64,000 nucleotides of DNA, taken from assembly GCA_907165135.1 (NCBI GenBank), contig OU015568.1, forward strand, positions 3,224,001-3,288,000. Direction: 5' to 3'. The notes under the pieces are model-generated. The model did no database searches and was not told where the DNA came from. It saw only the letters and a list, made by a program, of their open reading frames with translations. Positions 13,318 to 25,263 of the stretch are shown here, in pieces; the stretch's first letter is position 1, and each line of letters starts with the position of its first letter. Source of the DNA: Oikopleura dioica (lineage: Eukaryota; Animalia; Chordata). The position numbers and the translations under genes are program-made.

Positions 13318-13852
13318 ATGAGAGTTTTTATTTTTGTTTTCTTTTGCTTTGCCGAAGTATCAGGAGCAACGTTCGATTATTATGCGACGAACGATACTTA
13401 TGGTATCGATGCAACCGAGAAAATGTTCGCCAATGTCGATAGGCTCAAACATTTTAGCGCTAAGGAATTCGAAAGAATAAGCAGCTCTGAAGACGAATTC
13501 GGTAGGGCATATCGAAGGATCGATAAATTTGTGATGAGAGTGATGACAATAAACCAACGACTTTCGCAAAGAAAAGACTGTCCATTTCGAGAAAATCGAG
13601 AAGAGAAAGAAGTAAGGTAAGAATATTAGTTATTTTCTTTCTTGAGTTGATTTTCTATTCAGAGATGGCTGCCCTGGGCTCGATGATTACGAATATAATA
13701 TGAAAGTTTGGGTGTTAGGACGATTGCCGATCCAATCCGCAAGCTGCAGGAAAGCCGAACGGCCACATCGACGATTGGCAAACCTTGTCGAGAAAACATT
13801 CAACGAAGAAATGAAGATAATCAAATCTTACGCCTGCCCCGACCAGTATTGA
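13318..13852 (+). CDS. Small secreted protein of unknown function (2 exons)
   Basis: Hydrophobic N-terminus MRVFIFVFFCFAEVSGA. Exon 2 DGCPGLDDYEYNMKVWVLGRLP...YACPDQY*. Confidence 0.6.
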
Positions 13853-14019
13853 TTTCAAAGACTTCTTTATGAAGATTAATAAAAGTCAGAATATATTCCA
13901 CTTATTTTTATTGTACTGCAATATTGGTGAAGAATGAGTTTTTGCTAGTAATGGTGTACTAAGGCTCTTACAGCTGTAAATGTGTACTTTTAGGCTCATT
14001 AGGTTTCGAGCTGTAGACT

Positions 14020-15733
14020 TCATTTTGTACTTGGGGCAGTTGACATTAGATAATCGGGAATTCCATATCCGAAGAGCTCAAAATCAAGTCGGTAGGTGTC
14101 GTAAAGTTTTATCTTTCAGCGGCTTTTTAACAATTTTTTCATTCAAATTTATTTGTTTGATTTGAAAGCCGTAACAAGGTTTCCCTTGATAGTCCTTGAT
14201 AGTACTTTTTGATCGTGTCCGTTGCTGTTGCTTTTTTGAAGTAAGGATAGCTGACCAGATTTCCAACTCCAGCTTCGTTCTAAAATGCTCGGCGTAGAGA
14301 AAGAAAGGATGAAGATTTAGTACCAATAACCACGTGGCGTCCTCGTAAATGCTCTCGACTTTTCCGATGAAGTCCCAGTCGATGGCGCAGAAGTGGCAAA
14401 TGTCATAGAATCGAGTCCAATGTCGGACTCGGACACCATAGTGTCCTCCTGCAGCGGCTTCAGGTCCCCTGGCAATTAGATACTGTAAGAAGGGGTGAAA
14501 TTTCAGATAAATAAACGATCTAAAATTGAAATTTGATGATTGCTCCCATTCCTGAACGAAAGCATGGAAGCTTTCAATGTCGTATTCTTCAAAATCTTTG
14601 GTTCGATTTTGATTCTTGAGCAATTCTTGGACCTTTGCTCCAGCTTTGCCTCGGAATTCTTCGTGAGCCTTGTCTTTGTAAGCTGAAAGAATCCGCTCGA
14701 TTGGATCTCGGACAACTGTGAATTTGTAATACGTTCTTTTTAATTTTCAGAAGCAATTCTGAATAATTGGATTTTTAGGTTTTGAAAATATTTCCTGAGC
14801 ATTTCCACGCGCTCTTCATAAGGATAGGCGTTGATTTTCTTCAAATTGTAATGATCGTATTTTCTAGGCTTTCTGATTGCCAAGACATTTCGAATGTCGG
14901 AGAATCGTGGGTCAGTTAGCTTGATGAGGACTCGTTTCCAGTTGGAGCTTCCCACTTTCGGCAGCTGAAAATGCATATGAAACGAATCAGCTGACATGAA
15001 TTCAGTGGCAGACAGTTGATTCTTAGGTTATCTTTTGCTTAAAAGCTCCGGTGCAGTTAAACAAAAATATGAGTTTTTAAATTCGAATATGAGAAACAAA
15101 ATGAATTTTATTTAAATGAACGTTATTGGGGTGAGCGATGGTCTAATTTCCAGTTTGAAAATATATCTTGTTTTATGTTTTACTCAAACATTATTCTGAC
15201 TGTTACTGTTAAAATGACTTCATCTCATTTCCTTCTTTTATTATTTATCTAACTCTATTGCACTCTCAAGTACATCTCAATTGCCAATTTGATACTTACC
15301 TCACAATAAAGAATCTTATGAATCGGATCCACCACCATCGGAAAATCCGCTTCATTGACTTCATCCGGTTCTTGCATCTTCATATCCGCAATAATCGTAT
15401 CATTTGGCATGTATTTGCAGTATTCTCTCACTCTATCCGTTCTCTGTTTATAAATTTCTGCTCTGACAGAATCGCTGAGGTATTCCATCGGCTTGGAAAG
15501 AATCTCTGGTGCTCTGAGCTCAGCAGGAACATCTGGCGAAGAGCTTCGTTTTGTAACTCCCAGGACCCAAGGAGTATTTGGTTTTGACAGAAACCAACCG
15601 ATAGAAATCGCCATCAGAGTCAGCACCGCTGCTAGATATCCTAAAGGTCAGCGTAAACAAAAGCGCGCTCGGGGTGGAGGAAATTGGGGTTCGAATAAAG
15701 TCTACCTGTGCTGGAGCGGTGGATAACTTTCAT
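14020..15733 (-). CDS. Carbohydrate sulfotransferase, CHST8-14/HNK-1ST (Sulfotransfer_2) family
   Basis: Type II anchor, ILYCEV-PKVGSSNWKRVL (5'-PSB), VVRDPIERILSAYKDK (3'-PB), HWTRFYDICHFC..DFIGKVESI, LYDTYRLDFELFGY. Confidence 0.9.
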
Positions 15734-15897
15734 TTTTGAAAAAATTCAAAACCGCAAGAATTTTTTTTTTTACTTTTTATATTTAATTAGGCGGACAGTT
15801 GGAACTTGCCGACTATCACGCCCGCGGGGCGCTGTAACTGAGATTAGGGACTTCAGGAGTTTGCCAAAAGGAGATTTCTAGTCAGTGATTTCTTTAT

Positions 15898-16409
15898 TTA
15901 TTTCATCAGGATGGTGTATTGTTGGGTTTGCTTGTTGTATTTGATTCTTCGTATCGGACTTGGGAGGTCGAGAAGATCCTCAATTAGGGGAAATTTCGAG
16001 AAATGGATTTTTTCGCCACTTTGAATTCCGATTTCAGCAAGAATGGTGTTCACGAATTCTGTCGGAGACGGTTCAGAAGGGGGCTCAGGACAAATCTGCG
16101 AGGAAAAATGGTTTTCAGAAGTGATTTTTGCTTTTTTGTCACTTTCTTCGTTGATTTTTTCTTCATTTTTCACTGAAAGAAAAGGTGTTGGGCTTTTCGA
16201 TCGTTCTTGTTTTTGAAGAGTTTCAGCTGGTTGTTCTAATTGCAGCTTCTTTTGGACTTCAGCCATGATTTTTTCGCAAGAAAGTTCATCTAGGAATGAA
16301 GCATTTCACAACAGCTGTTTTGCTTCTTACCGATTCTTTTGGAAACCCTACTTGCAGCATGAGCAAAAGCTTCGAGTTCTTTTTGGAATCTTCTTTTCTC
16401 CTCTGACAT
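15898..16409 (-). CDS. Small uncharacterised protein (2 exons)
   Basis: MSEEKRRFQKELEAFAHAASRVSKRI joins in phase (GT-AG) to DELSCEKIMAEVQKK...ORF 15898..16266. Confidence 0.55.
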
Positions 16410-17138
16410 TATGTGTTACTGTGTCTGCATGTACGCAAATGAACAGTAGGCAATCTTACCATTATTTATGGCGCAAGAAAGAATCCGAAGACACGTGCCA
16501 ATTTTCTACCTGTGCGACTACTGATGATATTCGAGAATAAAGGCTACTACTGAACATATAACTGTAAATTTGCCTGAAGCTTTCTTCTGTGTCAGAAATC
16601 AGAGAATAACGGAATATTCAAAAAAACTTTCGCAAACTGGATCTGAACCAGAAAAGGACACTTGGTTCTTTTTTCCATCCGAGCGCATTTGCAGAATTCA
16701 CGCGTATTTTGTTTTGCATAATCATTTGCGGATGTTCCAGTCAAGTGCCTCTCTCACTGAACAGATCGCATCTGGAATCTGTGCTTCTCATAAAATTGCG
16801 GCGCAACTGGGTCGTGCCTCTTCTGAGCTTCCGATTTTCTCGCGTTGTGGTTCACTGACCATTGTTTTATATACAAAATGGTTTAATTTGACTTGGATGG
16901 GAGGAGGATGAAAGACTTTTTATGACTGAAAAGATGGTCGGTGGAAGATGGGACACGTTTTTCTGATGCCATAAAAAGGGAGGGAACGAAGATTTATTGA
17001 CCCTTCATCAATTTGATGAAGGATGATTTTGGAAGTCAGAAATTATTTCATCTTTAAAATCAAAGAACAATCATATATTTATTCAATCTTAAACAGAGTC
17101 AAATTATGTCTGTCAGACATTTTTTTCTAGTCAAAAGT

Positions 17139-17964
17139 TCATTCAAACTTTTTCATCTTCAGTTGCTCGTCACTGTATGCTCGAATAAGTGCAGTCGAGG
17201 GCCAGCCGTTGAGCAGCGTGCTCAGCCACCACGCAAGCTTAGATCCAAAGCCGTCAATGTTCTAGAAATGAGTCCGGATTAAAGAGGCCCATTTATCGTC
17301 CGAAATCCCTCACTAAGTGCGGGCACTAGTGTCCGATTTCTTTGAACCTTTTCTCTCGAATCCGAGGCGCCAAAATCAGTCGCTTGTGACGAACTTCGAT
17401 TTTAGAGGATTTTTTCGGAATATAGAGTTGAAATTCCCTCGAACTCAAATAACCGATAAGCTAAGAGGCAGGAGCACTAGAATTTCAAGCTCAAATTCTA
17501 GGGAAAGCCAAAAACTTGACCCGATAAGCAACCCGCCGGAGGAATTTCCGATAAAGTTGTCAAAACAGCGAAAAAACCTGTGTTTAACATATGCACTTGT
17601 GGCATTTCAAAATAGCAGGTTTTAGCGGCAAACTTTGAGGGATGAAAAATGTCAAAAACTTACATGAAGATGACAAAGACCAAGGACATATGTGCATTCT
17701 ACGAAGAAATGAGACAGGGAGATGGTCCAGAAAACCACGATTCTTGCCAAATCTGGTACATTCTGAAAGATTTTTTGAGACAAAGGCGATGAAATATCCT
17801 TTTCTTTTTCTGCCTGAAGTAGAAATAAGATCTGGTACCTCTTGATATTTGTACTGCAAAAGATACAGATACTTGGTGTACTCGCAGTCGCAGCTTTTCT
17901 CCATCAGCATAACCTCATCAGTCGAGTAAAAGCATCCGATGAGTATGGTTGGCCACATAATTGC
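17139..17964 (-). CDS. Small uncharacterised membrane protein, 5' end not resolved
   Basis: Exons AIMWPTILIGCFYST..YKYQE / NVPDLARIVVFWTISLSHFFVECTYVLGLCHLH / FAAKTCYFEMPQ / NIDGFGSKLAWWLSTLLNGWP..KKFE*. Confidence 0.4.
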
Positions 17965-18260
17965 CTAAAAAGAGGGTTGAAATCTGGTAGATTATTATTT
18001 GTTGCCATAAAACACCGGCGATTCTTCACATCCTCACTGAACGAACCACACGATTTTTATCGACTTTATCGTCGGCAACTATCTCAACTATCGTGGAAGA
18101 CCTTAATTCACGGTTGAGCGCGCTAAGACCACCTGTTCTAAAAATTTTTGTAGGTGCCTCGGAGCCGCGCGGTGTCGCAACGCAAGGCCCATATTTTAAC
18201 CCCGCTGGTGCTGGTGGAAAGTATCACTCACAGGTTTAGACTCTCTTGTCTAAGCCGAAA

Positions 18261-21200
18261 ATGTTGAGTTTAGCACTTTTGGCTGCTTCGGCTTCGGCCC
18301 AGTCTTATTATATCAACCAATATGGTCAGAGAGTTTACACTACAAATGCACGAAGCTCAAGCTGGTGGGACAACACTTACTCAAGAAACGGCGAAATCGT
18401 CAACCAGCCAGAGACTATTGTTAACTACATAGACAGGTAAATTCATCATTCTTTTATGAATATTTTGAGCTTCAAAGTTTTACTCTTCGGTTCATTTTCG
18501 AGCATTTTTTCCTAATTTTTTCTCTAGAATCATCGAAGAGCCTGAGCCTATCATCCGATACGTCGATACTGTCATCACTCCTGCTCCCACTCTTCCTCCT
18601 ACTCCACCTCCTCCATCCTGTCGCTGGCTCGACTGGGGTGCATGGAATGAATGTACTTCCGTCTGCGGCAAAAACACTCAATCCCGAATCCGACGATGTG
18701 AAGGTGGCCAGCCCGGTGTCAACGGCTGCTGCTCAGGCGATCACGATTCCTACAAATCCTGCTCCAACCCCATCCGAGAAGAACCCTGTGCTTACTGGTC
18801 CGGCTGGTCCGAGTGGGGTGCCTGCTCTACTTCTTGCGGCGAAGGATTCCGACGAAAACAGAGAACTTGCCTCGGCGCGGATATTTTGAAAGACGATGCT
18901 GACTGCCCCGGCCTTCCCTACAAAGAAGAATCGTGCACAATTGGAACCGGTTTGGGCGGATATCGAAACTGGGGCGCCTGGTCTGCCTGCTCAGCCACCT
19001 GTGGCGATGCAATTCGAACTCGCGAGCGGGGCCATACTTGCAACGCTGGAATTGAAGCCGACTCCGAATCATGCAATTTGCTCGCTTGCTGCGATCCATT
19101 GCCCTGGGCTGAATGGTCCGTTTGCTCCACTTCCTGTTTCATGGGCACTCGAACCCGAAAACACTCCTGGACATGCGACTACAAAGCCGATGTTGTCCAG
19201 ACTGAGGCTTGCAATGCTGGCGATGGTGTTTACTCAATGTGGTCCGAATGGAACGTTTGCTCTCAAACCTGCCTCGGCGGCGTTCAGAACCGATTCCGAG
19301 AACACACTTGCGGTCTCCGAGATGCCCGAGGAATGGCCTACGAACTTTCTCAAACCCAATCTTGCGGATCTGAAGGATTCTGGTCCGAGTGGTCTCAATA
19401 CTCGACTTGTTCCCAGACTTGCGAAGGTGGATTCATGAGCCGAACTCGACAACACACTTGCTCTCGAAAACTCGAACGCGATACTGCTTCCTGTGGCAAT
19501 CCCGGCGGATGGCGAGAGTGGTCTGAATGGTCTGGATGCTCGAGCTCTTGCTTCGGCGGCCAGAAATCGAGAAGACGAACTCACGAATGCACCAGCGAAA
19601 TCGATGTTGAACAGGCTCCTTGCGGCGAAGTCGGCGACTGGATGGCCTGGTCTGCCTGGTCTGGCTGCTCCAAGACTTGCCTCGGTGGCGAACGATCTCG
19701 ATCACGATTCCACGCATGCGGTGCTCAAGCTGTCCTTGCTGATCCATCCATCACTTCCGCCCGAGAAGTTCAAACTGAAGCTTGCGGCTCTGTTGGCACT
19801 TACGGTCTCTGGTCTCGATGGTCCGGATGCTCTGTCACTTGCGGTGGGGGAGTCACTACTCGCAACCGATACCATCAGTGCGACGGTACTACTGACACTG
19901 AAAACGCTGTCTGCAACGATGTCTGCTGCCCAGCCTGGAACGAATGGTCTCAATGGACTCCTTGCTCTGTCTCTTGCGGTCGAGGCGTTCAGAACCGAGG
20001 ACGAAACAACGTTTGCACTTCCATCGCCGATCAAGCCCAAACTAGAACTTGCTACGCTGAACTTCCTGACTATCCTTACGGCGCATGGGCTGAATGGTCT
20101 GTTTGCTCGAAATCCTGCCGAGGCGGTTCTCGATCTCGATCTGCTGAGCACATTTGCAACGCTGCTGGTATTGTGGATACTGAAGCTTGTGGCAATCCCG
20201 GCTTCTGGATGGAATGGTAAGATCTATTGAAATCAACAAGGACTCATTGATAATTGTCATTTTTTAGGTCTGCTTGGTCCGGTTGCTCAGTGACCTGCGG
20301 AGTCGGCATCAAAACTCGATCTCGACGAGATTCTTGCGGCGACAACTACCCCGAAACTGAAACTGCTTCTTGCGATGCTGGACCCGGCCAATACTCCAAC
20401 TGGGGAATCTGGGGCGCTTGTAACCAAACTTGTCCCGGCGGTGTCTCCCGACGATTCCAGCAACACAACTGCGGAGCTGAGCCACTCGTTGATGTCCGAA
20501 CTTGCGGTGAAGAGCGATGGGGCGCTTGGACTATGTGGTCTGCTTGCTCTCAATCTTGCGCTGGCGGAATCTCCACTCGAACCAAGACTGAATTCTGCTC
20601 CAATGAGGTTGTCCAAGAAACTCGAGAATGCGGTACTCCCGGTGCTTTCCTCAACTGGTCTCCATGGACTGTCTGCTCTCAAGAATGCCAAGGCGGTATT
20701 TCCACTCGACAACGGGCTCACACTTGCGATGCTGGAATTGAACAAGAAACTCGCACTTGCGGTCGACCTGGCTACTACTCTCAGTGGTCTTTCTGGACTG
20801 ATTGTCTCCGCGGCGGTGTCAAGGTCACTTGCGACGGTGGTAAACGATCTCGAACTCGAAACGGCTACTGTGGATTTGACGATGAAATCCAGGAACAAGA
20901 CTGCAACATGGCTGAGTGCTGCGATTTGACACCATGGACTGCCTGGGGAACTTGCTCTGTCTCTTGCGGAACTGGCTACGAAGCTCGCCATATTCAAGAT
21001 TGCAAGGGCCGAAATGTCCAGACCGAGCGACGAACCTGCAACATCCCAATTGTCTTCTACGAATGGACCGAATGGACTGGCTGTTCTCGAGAATGCGGCC
21101 CAGGTATCAAGCGACGAACTCGATCCGGCCCATGCACTGGCGTTGAAGAAGAAACCGCTCGATGTGACAACGGACCTTGCCCATTCTACGAACTCTGGTC

Positions 21201-23410
21201 AGCCTGGTCTCCTTGCGATGCTACTTGCGGCGAAGGTGTTCGAACTCGCCAACGAGCCTGCCGACACGGTGTTGCTGGAATTGACTGCGTCGGTGAAGCA
21301 TTCGAATCTACTGTCTGCCTTGCTGTCGATCCTGGCTTCACTCAATGGTCTGCTTGGACTGCCTGCTCTGCTTCCTGCGACTACGGCTTCAAATCCCGCG
21401 ACCGAACTCGAATCTGCACTGGCGAAGTCGACAGCGAAACCGTCCGATGCCTCGTCGATCCTGGCAACTGGTCTCCCTGGTCCGCCTGGGCTGGCTGCTC
21501 TGTCTCCTGCGGTGGTGGTGAAACTACCCGACAACGAGTTCACTCCTGCTCTGGCGAAGCTCAATTCCAGGAAATCAGCTGCAACACTTCTCCAGGTGTC
21601 TATCTCCAGTGGGGCGAATGGTCTGCTTGTTCTCGATCTTGCGCTGGCGGTAACAAGTTCCGAACTCGACAACACACTTGCGGCGGCGAAGATCAAGTTC
21701 AAACTGTCACTTGCGGCTCTCTCGGCGTTTACACCAACTGGTCCGAGTGGTCATCTTGCCCACGATGCTACGACTTCGGAGAGGAACCCGTTCTTGCTTT
21801 CCGACAACGAGGACATTCCTGCTCCGACATGGCTGAACAACAGGAAAAGACTTGCCTTGCACCTCGATGTGCTTACTGGGCTCAGTGGGGCGACTGGGGC
21901 GTTTGCTCGACCAGCTGCGGCTTGGGCTTCCGAGAACGAGTTCGAAGATGCATGGGCGATGATGCTGACTGCTTGAACCTCTTCGGCGACAAACGAGAAA
22001 CTCAATCTTGCGATGGCGGAAGCGGCCGAGACTTCGCCGGACAATGGTCTCCTTGCTCCACTTCCTGCGGCACCGGTGTTCAAACTCGCTCTGTGCAGAA
22101 CACTTGCACTGATATTGTCAACCAGGAACAACGCGCCTGCTCCAACAACCAGGGATTCTACTCTGAATGGTCAATGTGGTCTAGCTGCTCGGCTTCATGC
22201 GGCGGTGGCATGCAAACTCGACGAAAGACTCATAGCTGTGGCGAAGACGATTATGTTCAGGAGCGATCTTGCAACGTTGCTACTGGCAGTTACGGTCAAT
22301 GGTGAGTCATTGTCTTATATAATCTCAATTTTGAAATCAAGAAGGAAACCGAATAGATTTTAACTCTTTTCTCAGGTCTGCCTGGTCTGCTTGCCCAGTC
22401 AGCTGCGGCGGTGGCACTATCTCTCGAACTCGATACCACTCTTGCACTGGTGAGGCTGAGGTTCAGTCTACCACTTGCAACCAGCAACCATGCTCTTACT
22501 ACGGCGTCTGGTCCAACTGGGGCGCTTGCTCTGTCTCTTGCGGCCTCGGAACTAAATCCCGAACTCGGTAAGACTCACTCGTATCAACACAGATGATTAA
22601 TTTTCTTCTCTAGATACTGTATTGGTGGATCTGTCGGTTCCGGTCTCTGCAGCGACGATGATGTCACCACCGTCGACACCATCGCTTGCGACAACGTAAG
22701 AATCTTTTAGCAAAGCTCGATTCTAATTTATATTCTAGGGCGATTGCTGCAACTACCTCTGGTCTGACTGGACTGGCTGCTGCAACCACAACAACCGAAA
22801 CGTCCGACTTCGATTCCGAGGCGGTTGCACCGGCGCTGATCACCAGCAGGAAGAGAAGCCTTGCGGCACTGTTGGAGTCTCTGTTGAGGAGTGCTACTTG
22901 ATGATCCAGACTTATCACCAAACCGGCTACTTGGCTTATTCTTACAACACCACCGGCTACACTACCTACCAGCAGGGCACCGACTACATCACCACTTCCG
23001 CTAGCTACCGAACCTTCTACACCAACACCGGCGCCAGTGTCAACGTTGCCGGCTCTTACCAAACCATCAACGGTGTCAGCTACTTCGTCACATCGAACAC
23101 TGCCTACTACGGAAGCCAGTTCATGAGCGGATACTTCGACAACACTGGTCGATTCATCGAGAACAACAACAACAACACTTACTACGTCGGTGGCGGCACT
23201 TACGATCCCAACCTCGTCTACAACACTGGATCTAGCTCCAACACCTACAACACCGAACTCAAGTTGGTCTACTCCAACGGCTCTCCAGTTACTGTAACTG
23301 GTTACAATAACAACGGCGTCTTCTACACCCTGAGCTCCGAGCACTTCGGCACCATGTACGACAACGGCGCCTTCGACATGTCCGGCCGCTGGAATCCTTA
23401 CATGCCCTAG
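18261..23410 (+). CDS. Large secreted thrombospondin type-1 repeat protein (~29 TSRs) with Tyr-rich termini
   Basis: Signal peptide MLSLALLAASASA. Repeated WxxWxxCSxTCGxG...RxRxC units in ORFs 18886..20220 and 20254..22305 and later exons. Short GT-AG introns near 18437, 20218, 22302, 22568 and 22697. Tyr/Asn/Thr-rich tail 22898..23410. Confidence 0.9.
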
Positions 23411-23594
23411 ACTTTTCAATTGAAAACTTCATCCAACTACAATTCATTCACTTTTTCTGTAAAACTCGATAACTAGATATCTGAAGAATTCAGATAATAC
23501 CTATCAAAACCCCAAAACCCAACTCGTTACAGACCTAATCAATGAATATTTTAAACTGTGAAAAAAGTATCTACCTGTAATTTTCTCCAGTTGA

Positions 23595-24135
23595 TCAAAA
23601 TTGAATAAAAATCAAAAAATCATCAAAAAACAAATTGTTTTTACTTACATTGAAAATCCAAAACGGCAGGGCAGGAAATTGAACAAAAGAATTTGATCCA
23701 ATAGTTCTAGGTTTTCTGCCGTCATCATTTGCCACAAGATGTCGGAATGAAAACACCCTTAAATTTTTACTGACTAGAAAATTAGAGAAAAACTTACCCA
23801 AAAAGAAAAGTCTGGAAGAACCAAAAAAGCTTATCAGATGCTCCATAGCCTTTTCTAGCGGCCAAATCCGCAGCAAGAAATGCTTCAAAAGTGTGGGCAA
23901 TTATGACACTGAAGAAAGTCGCTGGGAAGAAGTTTTCGCTCTTGATTATTTTTCGGAATACTGAAATTAATGAATAACATGAATAAATCATTCGCTTATG
24001 GATTTATTTACCCGTTTCATGTTCATTCAAAAAGCTCAAATCGAAGGCATCATTGTCAAGGTACAACTGATAAGTAAACCAGTAGAGTCCGCTTATTAAA
24101 ATTGCTGGTAAAAAACCGAGAAATTGCTTTCCCAT
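23595..24135 (-). CDS. TMEM254: Transmembrane protein 254 (DUF4499)
   Basis: MGKQFLGFLPAILISGLYWFTYQL... spliced to IIAHTFEAFLAADLAARKG...LFWFFQTFLFG-VFSF, matching the TMEM254 pattern IH.GE....LC..KG.....WF.QT..FG. The 3' end is approximate. Confidence 0.75.
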
Positions 24136-25263
24136 TTTCTCTCTGTCAAAAAAGAGGGCGTGACTCAAATTATGGTAAACAGCTCTTCTCCAATTCGTTT
24201 TTCAATATTTACAAAAACAGCTTCGACAAATATTAAAAGGTCGTTGAAAAGAAGGAAGAGTTCACTTTTAGTCCGTTCATATCATGAAACCTCATTCTGG
24301 AGCATTTTTCCTGCCCTCGGGCGGTCAGAATTGACTTCAAGAACTTTTTTTGGGATAAAAATTCCTAGCAGGAAAGTTCCTAAAAGAACGTTGCTAGAAG
24401 TCTACGAGCTTGTAAAAAATCTGAGTTTTGTTATTATTGCCTATTCAAAAGTGCTGACAAAGAAATCAACAATGATCCTGGACCAGGGCCAGCGATAATT
24501 GGGGATTTGCTCTCACAGCTGGCCCGCATATTCGAATGATCCGAGTTTTTGTTTGATTATTCTGAATTACTAAATTTGTTCAATAAATATCTCAAGTGCT
24601 TCAAGTTGATTTATAATTAAAAAAAAATAAACATCATCAGGCTTTGAAAAAAAATATAAAGATTCTCGATGATAACAAAGAATTCCTTTCTTCTATCTGA
24701 ATAAACTGAATATACTTTCATATGGGATGGCCTTGCTCATCGAATCGAGGAAGTAAGAGGCTGAACAAGGTCACACATGCAAAAGTTCAAAGGTGAACAA
24801 GGCCACCCCTATTCAATGTTTTTTGTTTCAATTAAACCCTCTGATAAATACCAAGTTTACTCGTTTACATCATTTCCGCTTATCCATCACAATCGTAGGA
24901 CAGAACTTCCTGCTGTCAGGTTTTAACCGCATATGATAATCATAGGAAGGGACCTTTTCGAAAGATGAACTGTTCACCGTGAACGTAGGAATGAAAATAA
25001 CAATTATCATAAATATGTGCGCTTATAAAGAGAAGCTGTCGGATGCGCTGTTCTCAGTCCAGAGCGTCGAGAGTTCCTTTGAGAGTCGCTCTCCCCGTGA
25101 CGACTATTATAAAGAGCTTAACTCTACTTTCAACCAGAAGTCGAAAATTACCAAAAACCAAAACGGAACAACTCAAATCAGATCATTTCCTTACGTTTAT
25201 TTTTGACATCAACGAAGAAAAAGATCAACAAAAACGCTGAAAAAAGAGAAAGAAAAAGAATAA

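Noticed and set aside
18896-22363. Long Leu/Ala/Ser-rich ORFs in alternative frames and antisense over the TSP1 gene
   Set aside because: By-products of the repetitive TGG/TCT/TGC codon usage of the TSR frame; no independent domain signal.
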